Origin: Clostridia bacterium
GTDB taxonomy: Bacteria; Bacillota; Clostridia; Christensenellales; CAG-138
Direction of reading: 5' to 3'
Assembly: GCA_017509785.1 (NCBI GenBank)
Contig: JAFWOT010000027.1
Location: forward strand, 2,598 to 66,597
Length of the DNA: 64,000 nucleotides
The translations under genes and the position numbers were made by a program. Below the pieces are notes generated by a model. It was not told the origin of the DNA, searched no databases, and was given only the letters and a program-made list of their open reading frames with translations. Below, one piece after another: positions 53,437 through 62,844 of the stretch. Position 1 is the first letter of the stretch; each line of letters starts with the position of its first letter.

Positions 53437-54593
53437 ATGAGCTTATCGAGGAACGATTCGCCGCAGCGCCATCTTTCGCCCGTGAGGTACTCGTAGACCG
53501 TTGCGCCTATATCCGCAAACGAGCGGCGGACGCCGAGGTCGGCGGGCTTGCCGCGGCCTATGACGGCGAGTATCGGAATGTACTCCCTCGTATGATCGGT
53601 GCCGGGGAAGCACGGGTCGCAGCCGTGATCGGCGGTGATGATGAGCATATCCTCCTTCGTCATGGCGGAGCGGATCTCGGGGAGCTTCGCATCGAAGTAT
53701 TCAAGCGCGCGGGCATAGCCCTCGGGGTCGTTCCTGTGGCCGTAGAGCATGTCCGTATCGACGAGGTTCGTGAATATGAAGTCGCCCTTCCCCTCGCGCA
53801 GGAAGCGGAGCGTCGCCTCTATGCCGTCGGGATTGTTCTTGGTATGATCGACGGTCGTGATCCCGCGGTGGGCGAAAATATCCTCTATCTTGCCTATGCC
53901 GACGATGTCGAGCCCCTTCTGCGAGAGGCCGTCGAGAATGGTCTCCCCCATGGGCTCGAGGGCGTAATCGCGGCGGTTCTCCGTCCTCGTATAGGAGCCG
54001 TTCGAGCCTATGAACGGGCGCGCGATGACGCGGCCGACGAGGTTGTCCCCGACGAGTATCTCGCGTGCTATGGAGCAGTAACGGTAGAGCTCCTTAAGGG
54101 GGATGACCTCCTCGTGGGCGGCGATCTGGAATACGCTGTCCGCGGAGGTGTAGACGATGGGCATGCCCGTCCTCACGTGGATGTCTCCGAGCCTTTGGAT
54201 TATCTCCGTGCCGGAAGCGACCTCGTTGCCGAGTATGCCGCGCCCGATGCGGCGCCGGAACTCACTGATGACCTCTTCGGGGAACCCGTTGGGATACGTG
54301 CGGAACGGGACCTCCATCGGGAAGCCCGCCATCTCCCAATGGCCGCTCGTCGTATCCTTGGCGTGGGTCACCTCCATGGATTTGCCGTACGCGGCGGAGG
54401 GGAACGCGACGCGGGGCAGCATGGAGCCCTTTATATTGCCGAGGCCCATCCCGAGCATGTTGGGGATCTTCATCCCCCTGTACGCGTAGACGTGCCCGAA
54501 GGTATGCGCCCCGATATCCCCGAAATCACGCGCGTCGGGAAGATACCCGATGCCGGCGCTGTCAAGTACGATAATGGTTGCCCTTTTTTTCAT
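53433..54593 (-). CDS. deoB: Phosphopentomutase
   Basis: Track ORF (GTG 54602) trimmed to ATG 54593 (RBS GAGGTG). MKKRATIIVLDSAGIG, TSGHWEMAG, ITADHGCDP. Confidence 0.92.
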   Translation of the reverse strand: MKKRATIIVLDSAGIGYLPDARDFGDIGAHTFGHVYAYRGMKIPNMLGMGLGNIKGSMLPRVAFPSAAYGKSMEVTHAKDTTSGHWEMAGFPMEVPFRTYPNGFPEEVISEFRRRIGRGILGNEVASGTEIIQRLGDIHVRTGMPIVYTSADSVFQIAAHEEVIPLKELYRYCSIAREILVGDNLVGRVIARPFIGSNGSYTRTENRRDYALEPMGETILDGLSQKGLDIVGIGKIEDIFAHRGITTVDHTKNNPDGIEATLRFLREGKGDFIFTNLVDTDMLYGHRNDPEGYARALEYFDAKLPEIRSAMTKEDMLIITADHGCDPCFPGTDHTREYIPILAVIGRGKPADLGVRRSFADIGATVYEYLTGERWRCGESFLDKLI

Positions 54594-54615
54594 ATATATC
54601 ACCTCATAAATAAGA

Positions 54616-55410
54616 TCAGTATTCCATTGCGAGCCTCGCGATGAACTCGGCGTTGGTCGGTTTGCCGCGAGCTTCGTCGACGCTCATGCCGAAGACGCTG
54701 TGCTGGTATTCGATATCGCCCGTCGTCCATGCCGATTCGATCGCTGTGCGGATCGCCTTCTCGACCGCCCGCGGGGTCGTCCCGTAGTATTCGGCGATGC
54801 TCCGGTAGAGCTTCTTCGGTTCGGGGGCGGAGCACACCGAGCTCTGTACGGCTATCGCCGCAATAAGATATTTGTGCCCGAGCAGCCTCCGGCTTACGCC
54901 GAGCTTTTCGAGCTTGTCCGCTATGGAGCGCCTCAGGCGGAGCTCGTCGTGCGTGCTGTCGCTCCAGATGAGATCCGTAACGATCGGGGCGAACTGCTTC
55001 ATGCCCATGAGGTTGACTCCGTACTTGATGGAGGTCTTGTACTTTTTAAATACGTCCGCCGCATCGCGCGAGGGATCTTCCGAGATCAGTATGTGATCGT
55101 TCAGCACCCCGTTTTGGATGAGGGATGCGAGCGTCTCATCGTTCGATTTGGCGAGCCCTATCGTCATCGACCTGCGGAACCTGTCGTTCTGCGAGATGCT
55201 CATGAGCGTACCCGCGAATTCTATATCGACCTCGGCGAGTATGAGCATGGGCTCGAAGGTGTACAGCCTCTCCGCGAGGCCCTCCTCACCCCTGGTGAAG
55301 AGGAAACTCATTTCAAACAGTTCCTCGATCTTCTTCACCACTTCGGCTATGCAGCCGTCAGGCCTTCCGATGAAAAGTCCCCTGTGTTCGAGAATGAGTC
55401 CTTCCCGCAT
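54616..55410 (-). CDS. spo0A: Spo0A-like regulator: canonical Spo0A C-terminal DNA-binding domain fused to a degenerate (pseudo-)receiver domain
   Basis: Track ORF 54616..55683 trimmed to ATG 55410 (GGAGG 8 nt upstream; overlaps the spoIVB stop as TAATG). 264 aa. The C-terminus (LGHKYLIAAIAV..., YGTTPRAVEKAIRTAIESAWTTGD, GKPTNAEFIARLA) matches Spo0A_C. It sits in the syntenic position after recN-spoIVB. The N-domain lacks the conserved D/D/D/T/K residues in my hand alignment. Confidence 0.8.
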   Translation of the reverse strand: MREGLILEHRGLFIGRPDGCIAEVVKKIEELFEMSFLFTRGEEGLAERLYTFEPMLILAEVDIEFAGTLMSISQNDRFRRSMTIGLAKSNDETLASLIQNGVLNDHILISEDPSRDAADVFKKYKTSIKYGVNLMGMKQFAPIVTDLIWSDSTHDELRLRRSIADKLEKLGVSRRLLGHKYLIAAIAVQSSVCSAPEPKKLYRSIAEYYGTTPRAVEKAIRTAIESAWTTGDIEYQHSVFGMSVDEARGKPTNAEFIARLAMEY

Positions 55411-56654
55411 TATCCCGCCTCCGTTATCTGCCTGTACATCCAATAGGCATAGGCTCCGCAGCCCTTTGTCGGGTCGTTCACGAAAACGTGAGTGACCGCC
55501 CCGACAAGCCTCCCGTCCTGTATTATGGGGCTGCCGCTCATGCCCTGAACGACTCCCCCGGTGAGCTCGAGCAGGCGCTCGTCGGTCACCTCTATTATGA
55601 GGCCCTTCTGCGCGGGCTCGCTCTGCCTTTCCGTTTTCAAAATGCGGCATTCGTAAATTTCCGCTCTGCCGGACGCCGCGCATATGAGCTCCGCTTCCCC
55701 CGTATGGACTTCGTCCGGGAACGCGGTCTCGAGCTCCTCAGCCGAAAGGAGTTCCATCGCCTCCTCCGTGAGCCTGCCGAATATGCCGAGCTCTGTGTTT
55801 GCGTCGATGCTCCCGAGTTCGCGGCTCGCGGAGCCGAAAGTCCCGTGGAGCTCGCCGGGGGCGCCCTGACGCCCCTTCGTGACTCCGATTATACCCGCGA
55901 TCACGAGCCTGCCGTCCCGCACCTTAAGGAGCGAGCCGGTGTCCGCATCCGCAGCGGCATGGCCGAGTGCCGCCATGAGCCCCGTCCCCCTTTCGAAGAA
56001 GGAGAGCGTGCCGACTCCGACGGTGCTGTCCCTCACCCATGCGCCGAGGCGCGCCTCGCCGGAAGGATCCCTTTCCGTTTCTGCCGTCACGGTGGATCTT
56101 CTTCCGCCGCGCTCTATTGTGAGCCTGACCGTGTTCCCCGCCCGGGAGAGCTTCCGGGAAAGCTCCTCCGAGGAGGAGATCCCCTCCCCGTCGACGAGGA
56201 GTATGACGTCGCCCGGGCGCAGCCCCGCACGGGAAGCGGGCGAGGTCCTTTCCCCTTCCGCGTTCACGAAATCGGAAAGCCCGACGACGAGCACTCCGTC
56301 GGTATAGATGCTGACGCCGACCGCCTCTCCCCCCGGGACGAGGCGCGGCCTGCCGCCGACGAACGCGGGTATCTCCCGCAGGGTGACCCCGAACGGCAGG
56401 CTGAGCGCGACGCGCCTTCCGCCGAGGGATTCATCACCGCTGCTGACGGCGGAAACCGTAAGCTCCCCCACGGGAAGTCCGCCGAGCTTCTCGTAAAGCT
56501 CCGTCTCCGTTTCGGCGAACACCGCCTCCGGCAGGGAGCGGAGCCCGCGCATCGCGGCCGTGTTGTTGAAGGCAAGCAGCGCGAAAGAAAAAAGTACGGC
56601 AAAAGTTTTTTTCAGAACGCGGCGCGCGCCGCCCCGGTGTATGGTTTTACTCAT
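55410..56654 (-). CDS. spoIVB: SpoIVB stage IV sporulation signalling serine peptidase (S55)
   Basis: 414 aa. N-terminal TM segment, PDZ domain (GLRPGDVILLVDGEGISS), and peptidase S55 motifs (LGHAAADADTG; GMSGSPIIQDGRLVGAVTHVF). Confidence 0.9.
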   Translation of the reverse strand: MSKTIHRGGARRVLKKTFAVLFSFALLAFNNTAAMRGLRSLPEAVFAETETELYEKLGGLPVGELTVSAVSSGDESLGGRRVALSLPFGVTLREIPAFVGGRPRLVPGGEAVGVSIYTDGVLVVGLSDFVNAEGERTSPASRAGLRPGDVILLVDGEGISSSEELSRKLSRAGNTVRLTIERGGRRSTVTAETERDPSGEARLGAWVRDSTVGVGTLSFFERGTGLMAALGHAAADADTGSLLKVRDGRLVIAGIIGVTKGRQGAPGELHGTFGSASRELGSIDANTELGIFGRLTEEAMELLSAEELETAFPDEVHTGEAELICAASGRAEIYECRILKTERQSEPAQKGLIIEVTDERLLELTGGVVQGMSGSPIIQDGRLVGAVTHVFVNDPTKGCGAYAYWMYRQITEAG

Positions 56655-56671
56655 CGAACGCTCCTTAGCTT

Positions 56672-56688
56672 AAACTCAAATTGAGTTT
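56672..56688. repeat. Perfect 17-bp palindrome AAACTCAA-A-TTGAGTTT between recN and spoIVB
   Basis: 8-bp arms read directly from the sequence. It lies 18-34 nt upstream of the spoIVB start codon and 24 nt downstream of the recN stop. Confidence 0.6.
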
Positions 56689-56711
56689 TTGAAGAAGCGC
56701 GGCTGTTTATA

Positions 56712-58397
56712 CTAATTCAATGATGCTTCGGAGGCTTTTTTTATGAGCTCCTCCGCGTGGGTGACGGCGGCGGCGTTTTCGCCCTGCGCGCCCATTATCC
56801 TGGCGAGCTCCGCCGGGCGCTCACCTTCTTCAAGGCGCTTTACGTTCGTGACCGTCCTTCCGCCCTCCTCATGCTTCGAGACGACGAAATGCGTGTCCGC
56901 AAAGGCCGCTATCTGCGGCAGATGCGTGACGCAGAGCACCTGATGCTTCGACGCGATGCGCTTCATCCTGAGTCCTACGGTGTTCGCCGTCGATCCGCTG
57001 ATGCCGGTGTCGACCTCGTCGAATATGAGGGTCGGTATCTCGTCCGCGTCGGTGATGACCGTCTTCAGGGCGAGCATTATCCTTGAAAGCTCGCCTCCGG
57101 AGGCGACCTTTGAGAGCGGCTTTAAAGGCTCGCCCTCGTTCGCGGAAAGGAGCAGGCTCACGGCGTCCGCGCCGTTCTCGTGCGGCTCGTCGTCGATGAC
57201 CGTGAAGCTCGCGCTGAGCTTCGCCTTCTTCATGCCGAGGTGCTTCAGCTGCTCCTCCGCGAGGGAACAGAGCTTTTCCGCGGAACGCTTCCTTGCGGCG
57301 GTGAGCTTTGCGGCCGATTCGCGGTATCGGGCCAAAGCTTCCTTCTTCTTCTTTTCAAGCGCCTCCCTCTTCGAGGCGTCGCCCGTGAGCTCTTCGAGCT
57401 CTCGCGCAGCTTCATCGCGGAAGCGGAGCACCTCGCCGAGGGTACTCCCGTACTTATGCTTCAGACCGTCGAGCACGTCGAGCCTCGTTTCGAGCTCGTC
57501 TATGCGGCGCGGGTCGAAATCGGCCTCGAGCCTCAGATCGCGGACGGAATACGCCGCGTCCTCGACCTCGTAATAGAGATCGCCGAGCCTCGAATACAGC
57601 TCCCCGTAACGGGGCGAGAACTCCCCTATCGCGGAGAGCTCGTCCACGGCCCTTTTGAGGGCCTGCACCGCGCCGCCCTCCCCGGTGAGGAGATCGGAAG
57701 CCGCGGTGAGCCCGCCCGTGATGCGCTCCGCGTTCGTGAGGACCGAGAGCTCCTCCTTGACGCGGTCCTCCTCGTCCGGGGAAAGAGCGGCCTTATCTAT
57801 CTCGTTTATCTGATAATTCAATATATCTATGCGGCGCTCGCGCTCGGCCTCGGAGAGAAAGCCCGAATTCAGCTTTGCGCGGACGGCGGAATACTCCTCA
57901 TAAACGGAGCGGACGGAATCCTTTAGGGGGGAGATCTCCTCCGCCATGAACGCGTCCGTGACGCCGAGGTGGTTTTCCTCGTCGAGAAGGGACTGATGCT
58001 CGTGCTGGCCGTGAACGTCGACGAGCATATCGGTGACCTCCTTCAGGGAGGCGAGCGGCAGTATCACGCCGTTCACGCGGCAGAGGCTCCTGCCCGAAAC
58101 GGAGAGCTCGCGCATTATGCTCATCCGCCCCTCGTCGGGCTCTATGCCGAGCTCCGCGAGTTTTTCGATAACGGCGGGCTTTTCGGAGATATCGAAAATT
58201 CCCTCCACGCGGCATTTCTGTTTCCCGTAGGAGATGAGCTCGCGGCTGCCGCGGCTGCCGAGTATGAGGTTGATGCCGTCTATGATTATGGATTTGCCCG
58301 CGCCCGTTTCTCCCGTGAGCACGGTGAATCCGCCGGAAAGCTCAAGGTCGAGCTTTTCTATTAGGGCGACGTTTTCGATTAGCAGTCTTTCAAGCAT
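56712..58397 (-). CDS. recN: DNA repair protein RecN
   Basis: 561 aa: LTGETGAGKSIIIDG, a long coiled coil, then C-terminal ASGGELSRIMLAL and FDEVDTGISG. Confidence 0.93.
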   Translation of the reverse strand: MLERLLIENVALIEKLDLELSGGFTVLTGETGAGKSIIIDGINLILGSRGSRELISYGKQKCRVEGIFDISEKPAVIEKLAELGIEPDEGRMSIMRELSVSGRSLCRVNGVILPLASLKEVTDMLVDVHGQHEHQSLLDEENHLGVTDAFMAEEISPLKDSVRSVYEEYSAVRAKLNSGFLSEAERERRIDILNYQINEIDKAALSPDEEDRVKEELSVLTNAERITGGLTAASDLLTGEGGAVQALKRAVDELSAIGEFSPRYGELYSRLGDLYYEVEDAAYSVRDLRLEADFDPRRIDELETRLDVLDGLKHKYGSTLGEVLRFRDEAARELEELTGDASKREALEKKKKEALARYRESAAKLTAARKRSAEKLCSLAEEQLKHLGMKKAKLSASFTVIDDEPHENGADAVSLLLSANEGEPLKPLSKVASGGELSRIMLALKTVITDADEIPTLIFDEVDTGISGSTANTVGLRMKRIASKHQVLCVTHLPQIAAFADTHFVVSKHEEGGRTVTNVKRLEEGERPAELARIMGAQGENAAAVTHAEELIKKASEASLN

Positions 58398-59207
58398 TTA
58401 TTTGAGTTTCTCCCTGATGAGGCGGAATACGTTGCGCTTTTCAAAGCGGATGAACGCCGCGGAGCGTTCCGATCTTCTGAACACGAGCCTGTCCCCCGGC
58501 TCCAGTATGCGGGCGCTCTGCCCGTCCCTGCTGAGGCGGCAGACGCATTTTATTCTTGCTTCGACGACGGACTCCGTCGAGGCGACTATGGGCCTGACCG
58601 TCAGCGAATGGGGGCAGATGGGCGTCACGAGTATGCAGTCGAGCTTCGGGGCGACCACGGGCCCGCCGGCGGACATGGTGTATGCCGTCGAGCCGGAAGG
58701 GGTAGCCACGATGAGCCCGTCCGCCATGACGTCGCCGACCGCGTCGCCGTCGACCGAAAGCTCGAGCTGGGTGATGGAGGAAAGCTCCTCCCTGTGAACG
58801 GAAAAATCGTTGAGGCATTCGCCGAAGCTTTCCCCGTTGACGAGACAGGTGAGCATCGAGGGGCGCTCCAAAGCGTATTCGCCGCGCTCGAGCTTGCGGA
58901 GCGCGAGGCCGAACTCGTCGGCTCCGATCTCGCTGAAGAAGCCTATCCTGCCCATGTTCACGCCGAGCACGGGCACGCCGTGCGGCGCCGCCGCCGAGAC
59001 CGCCCGGAGTATCGTCCCGTCGCCGCCCAACGTGACGACGCAGAAGGTCTCCGCCCACTGTCTGCCGGTTATGCCGGCAAGGAGCGCTTCATCGGCAAAC
59101 GGAACGGCGTTAAAGCCCGCTTCCTCCGAAGCGGCGCAGAGCTCGCGCATCAGGCTGACGGCGTTGGGCTTTTTGGGGTTGGTATAGATTATAAGCGTCT
59201 TTTTCAT
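58398..59207 (-). CDS. nadK: NAD+ kinase
   Basis: 269 aa: LGGDGTILRA, NMGRIGFF, and GLIVATPSGSTAY. Confidence 0.92.
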   Translation of the reverse strand: MKKTLIIYTNPKKPNAVSLMRELCAASEEAGFNAVPFADEALLAGITGRQWAETFCVVTLGGDGTILRAVSAAAPHGVPVLGVNMGRIGFFSEIGADEFGLALRKLERGEYALERPSMLTCLVNGESFGECLNDFSVHREELSSITQLELSVDGDAVGDVMADGLIVATPSGSTAYTMSAGGPVVAPKLDCILVTPICPHSLTVRPIVASTESVVEARIKCVCRLSRDGQSARILEPGDRLVFRRSERSAAFIRFEKRNVFRLIREKLK

Positions 59208-59219
59208 AGTCCTATAATA

Positions 59220-60023
59220 TCACGCGAGCTCCTCATGCGAAAGATCCACGACGGTCTCCGCCATTTCTTTTACGTCGGTCTCCGGGCCGCCCTGCGACTT
59301 TTCGAGGTACATGAGGTATTCAATGTTGCCCTTCGGCCCCGTGATGGGCGAATGGTCGAGCGCGAGTATCGAAAACCCGCATTCCCGCGCGAGGATGGCG
59401 GAATTCACGAGCACCTCGAGATGGGTCGCCTTCTCCCGAACGACGCCGTTCTTGCCGACCTTGCCGCGCCCCGCCTCGAACTGGGGCTTGACGAGCACGA
59501 CGGCACGCCCGTTCTCCTCAAGGCAGTCGTACATCCGCGGAAGTATGTGGCGGATGGAGATGAACGAAACGTCGCACGAGGCGAACGAAGGGACGGAATC
59601 GAACCACGAGGGCTCCATCTCACGCGCGTTGCGCCTTTCCATGCAGACGACGCGGTCGTCGTTCCGCAGACGCCAATCGAGCTGACCATAGCCGACGTCG
59701 ACCGCGAACACCCGGGACGCGCCGTTTTGCAGCATGCAGTCGGTAAAGCCGCCCGTGGAGGCGCCCACGTCAAGGCAGATCCTGCCGGAAAGATCTATCC
59801 CGTACTTGCGAACCGCCTTATCGAGCTTCAGCCCGCCCCTTGAAACGAAAGGGATGGGATCCGCGCGGACGGTCAGCACCGTTCCGTCCGGGAATGCATC
59901 CGAGGGCTTATTGACCTTGACCTCGTTATGATAGACGACCCCCTCCATTATGAGGGCCTTCGCCCGCTCCCTTCCGGGGGCGAGCCCGGCCTCGACGAGA
60001 AGCACGTCGGCGCGTTTAGTCAT
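59220..60023 (-). CDS. tlyA: TlyA-family rRNA (cytidine-2'-O)-methyltransferase
   Basis: 267 aa with an S4 domain (KRADVLLVEAGLAPGRERAKALI) and FtsJ-type MTase motif LDVGASTGGFTDC. Confidence 0.9.
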   Translation of the reverse strand: MTKRADVLLVEAGLAPGRERAKALIMEGVVYHNEVKVNKPSDAFPDGTVLTVRADPIPFVSRGGLKLDKAVRKYGIDLSGRICLDVGASTGGFTDCMLQNGASRVFAVDVGYGQLDWRLRNDDRVVCMERRNAREMEPSWFDSVPSFASCDVSFISIRHILPRMYDCLEENGRAVVLVKPQFEAGRGKVGKNGVVREKATHLEVLVNSAILARECGFSILALDHSPITGPKGNIEYLMYLEKSQGGPETDVKEMAETVVDLSHEELA

Positions 60024-61881
60024 ATATGCCTCCCATGCAGCTCTTTATTGTCTGCCTGAGTTTTTCAGCGGAAAGCCCGCATTCCTCATCCTGCTCCGCG
60101 ACGGAGCCCTGCTCAATGACGCGGTTCGGGATGCCGACGGGGATAACCATCGTGCCGCTCGCCCTTCGGCTCATGTACGCGGCGACCTGCGTGCCGAAGC
60201 CCTCGTTCACAACGCCGTCCTCAACGGTGACGACGTAATGCGCGTGGGAGAGCTTTTCAAGAGCAGCCTCGTCCATCGGGCGGATCGCCCTCGCGTTGTA
60301 GAGGCCGACGTTCAGCCCCTCGCAGGCCTTTATCGCCGTGTCGACCATCCTGCCCGTCGCGGCGACGCATACGCTCCGGAAGGGCTTTATGCATTCCCAC
60401 GAGAGCATATCCTCCGCAGAGCCGCAGAGCTCCCTTTCGGGAAGGACGCCCCTGTTGTAGCGGATCGCGCAGGGGGAGGAATTGTATTTGACTGCCCAAT
60501 CGAGGCAGGCGCGAAGCTCCTGCGCGGAGGAGGGCGAGAGTATCTTCATATTGGGGAGCGCGGAAAGGTAGGCTATATCGTAAATGCCGTGATGCGTCTC
60601 GCCGTCCGCGCCGACGAGGCCGGCCCTGTCCACGCCGAATACGACGTGCAGATCCTGCAGGCAGACGTCGTGCGCGAGCTGATCGAACCCGCGCTGCAGG
60701 AACGAGGAGTACACGCAGAACACCGGCTTCGCGCCGGATATCGCCATGCCCGCCGCCATAGTGACGGCGTGCTGCTCTGCGATGCCCACGTCGAAGAAGC
60801 GTTCGGGGAACCTTTCTTTAAAAGAATCGAGCCCCGTGCCGGAGGCCATCGCCGCGGTTATCGCGCAGATGGAGGGATCCTCCTCCGCGAGGGAGCAGAG
60901 CTCGTCCGATATGATCGCGGAGTTGCCGAAGGTCGATTTCGACTCCCCGGTCTCCTCGTTGAATCTGCCTATGCCGTGGAACTTTTCGGGGTTCCTCTCG
61001 GCGGGCTCGTAGCCCTTGCCCTTCTTTGTGATGGTGTGGATGACGACGGGCGTATCCATGAGCTTCGCGTGTTCGAAGACCTCGATGAGCGCCTCGATAT
61101 CGTGCCCGTTGATCGGGCCGAGGTACGTAAAGCCGAGCTCCTCGAAGAGCACGTTCGGGAGTATGAAATACTTGATCCTGTTCTTTAAGCCCTCGAACCT
61201 GTCGCTCAGCCAGCTGCCGACGCCGGGTATGCGCTTCAGGGCGCGCGAAAAGCCCTTCTTGAAGCCCCGGTATCCCCTTGCGGAGCGCATCTTCGCAAGG
61301 TGGCGGCTGAGCCCTCCGACGTTGCCGGATATGCTCATCTCGTTGTCGTTCAGCACGACTATGAGCGGCAGCTTCTGCTGACCGACGTCGTCGAGCGCCT
61401 CATACGCCATGCCGCCCGTCAACGCTCCGTCGCCGATGAGGGCGACTACGCGGCGGCTTCTCCCGAGCATGGCATCCGCCCGCATTATGCCGATGGCGGC
61501 GGATATGGAGGTCGACGAATGCCCCGTGTTGAAGGCGTCGTAATGGCTCTCGTTCGTCTTCGGGAAGCCTGCTATGCCGCCCCTTTGGCGAAGCGTCGGG
61601 AAGGCCTCCGCCCTTCCCGTGAGGAGCTTATGCACGTAGCTCTGATGGCCCACGTCGAAAACGAGCCTGTCCTCGCCGAAATCGAAAACCCGCTCGAGCG
61701 CGATGGTCGTTTCCACCACCCCGAGGTTTGAAGCAAGATGCCCGCCCGTCTTCGATACGACGGAAACGAGGTACCTGCGTATCTCGTCGGCGAGCTCGTT
61801 AAGCTGTTGATACGAGAGCCCATCGAGATCCCGCGGGGACTTGATCCCCGGGAGCAGGCGGAGCTCAGAGTATTCTGTCAT
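60016..61881 (-). CDS. dxs: 1-deoxy-D-xylulose-5-phosphate synthase
   Basis: 621 aa: GGHLASNLG, DVGHQSY, GHSSTSISAA, and TPP motif GDGALTGGMAYEAL. Confidence 0.95.
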   Translation of the reverse strand: MTEYSELRLLPGIKSPRDLDGLSYQQLNELADEIRRYLVSVVSKTGGHLASNLGVVETTIALERVFDFGEDRLVFDVGHQSYVHKLLTGRAEAFPTLRQRGGIAGFPKTNESHYDAFNTGHSSTSISAAIGIMRADAMLGRSRRVVALIGDGALTGGMAYEALDDVGQQKLPLIVVLNDNEMSISGNVGGLSRHLAKMRSARGYRGFKKGFSRALKRIPGVGSWLSDRFEGLKNRIKYFILPNVLFEELGFTYLGPINGHDIEALIEVFEHAKLMDTPVVIHTITKKGKGYEPAERNPEKFHGIGRFNEETGESKSTFGNSAIISDELCSLAEEDPSICAITAAMASGTGLDSFKERFPERFFDVGIAEQHAVTMAAGMAISGAKPVFCVYSSFLQRGFDQLAHDVCLQDLHVVFGVDRAGLVGADGETHHGIYDIAYLSALPNMKILSPSSAQELRACLDWAVKYNSSPCAIRYNRGVLPERELCGSAEDMLSWECIKPFRSVCVAATGRMVDTAIKACEGLNVGLYNARAIRPMDEAALEKLSHAHYVVTVEDGVVNEGFGTQVAAYMSRRASGTMVIPVGIPNRVIEQGSVAEQDEECGLSAEKLRQTIKSCMGGIYD

Positions 61882-61947
61882 TTCCCTTCATCAAGGCTCC
61901 GTGAAAAGGGAGCCTTCCTCCCGAATCTGTTATTTAAACGATTGGTT

Positions 61948-62844
61948 TTATCTGTCCCTTGTGAGCATGTTGTCTATGACCGCCGTGAGGTAGCCGTTCG
62001 TGTCGATATCCTTCACGGCCTCCTTGGCGGCGTCCGCCGCGGCTTCGGCCGCCTCCCTCGCGCCGTCCAGCCCGAGGAGCCCGACGTACGTCAGCTTGCC
62101 CTTTGCGGCGTCCTTGCCGAGGGTCTTGCCCATGAGCGCCTCGTCGCCGACGGCGTCGAGTATGTCGTCCGTGATCTGGAAGAGCATGCCCATGCTTTCG
62201 GAGTAACGGCGGAGCGAGCGGACGATCCACCCGTCGGCCCCCGCCGCGAGAGCGCCGCAGACGACGGCGGCTTCGAGCATATCGGCGGTCTTATGGCGGT
62301 GGACGTAGCGGAGCATCTCCTCCGTCTGAACGTCCGCGCCCTCGTATTCGATATCGGCGGCCTGGCCCGTGACCATGCCCCCCGCGCCCGCGCGAAGGGC
62401 GGCCTCGTACGCCGCCGCGAGCAGGTTCGGGCTGCCGGAGCGGACAGCCGCGCCGAGCATCGTCTCAAACGCGAAGGAAAGGAGCCCGTCCCCCGCGAGA
62501 ACGGCCATCGCCTCGCCGAAGACCTTGTGGTTGGAGGGCCTTCCGCGGCGCATGTCGTCATCGTCCATACAGGGAAGATCGTCGTGTATGAGCGAGTAGG
62601 TGTGTATCATCTCGAGCCCGCAGGCTATGGGAAGAGCGCTTGCGATATCCCCGCCGAGCATCTCGCACACGGCGAGCGTGAGGCAGGGCCTCAGCCGCTT
62701 GCCGCCGCTTTCAAGGCTGTAAAACATCGCTTCGCGCAGGGCGGGGTGAATGCTCCCCTCCGTCCCCGCTTTTATGGCGGAAAGCTCCCTCTCGACCACG
62801 CCGAGATAGCGCTTCGAGGCTTCGGAAAATTCGGCTTTCGTCAT
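61948..62844 (-). CDS. ispA: (2E,6E)-farnesyl/geranyl diphosphate synthase (polyprenyl synthetase)
   Basis: 298 aa with the first DDxxD in LIHDDLPCMDDDDMRRG and the second in FQITDDILD. Confidence 0.9.
   Translation of the reverse strand: MTKAEFSEASKRYLGVVERELSAIKAGTEGSIHPALREAMFYSLESGGKRLRPCLTLAVCEMLGGDIASALPIACGLEMIHTYSLIHDDLPCMDDDDMRRGRPSNHKVFGEAMAVLAGDGLLSFAFETMLGAAVRSGSPNLLAAAYEAALRAGAGGMVTGQAADIEYEGADVQTEEMLRYVHRHKTADMLEAAVVCGALAAGADGWIVRSLRRYSESMGMLFQITDDILDAVGDEALMGKTLGKDAAKGKLTYVGLLGLDGAREAAEAAADAAKEAVKDIDTNGYLTAVIDNMLTRDR

Noticed and set aside
54616-55683. Long N-terminal extensions of track ORFs, for example 355 aa for spo0A-like, 485 aa for rsmB, 168 aa for the biotin carrier, 340 aa for the SnoaL-like gene and 333 aa for DUF2156
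   Set aside because: The extensions are Arg/Gly/Pro-rich read-through of upstream genes or spacers. In each case an internal ATG/GTG with a GGAGG-type RBS coincides with the start of recognisable homology and with the upstream gene's stop codon.
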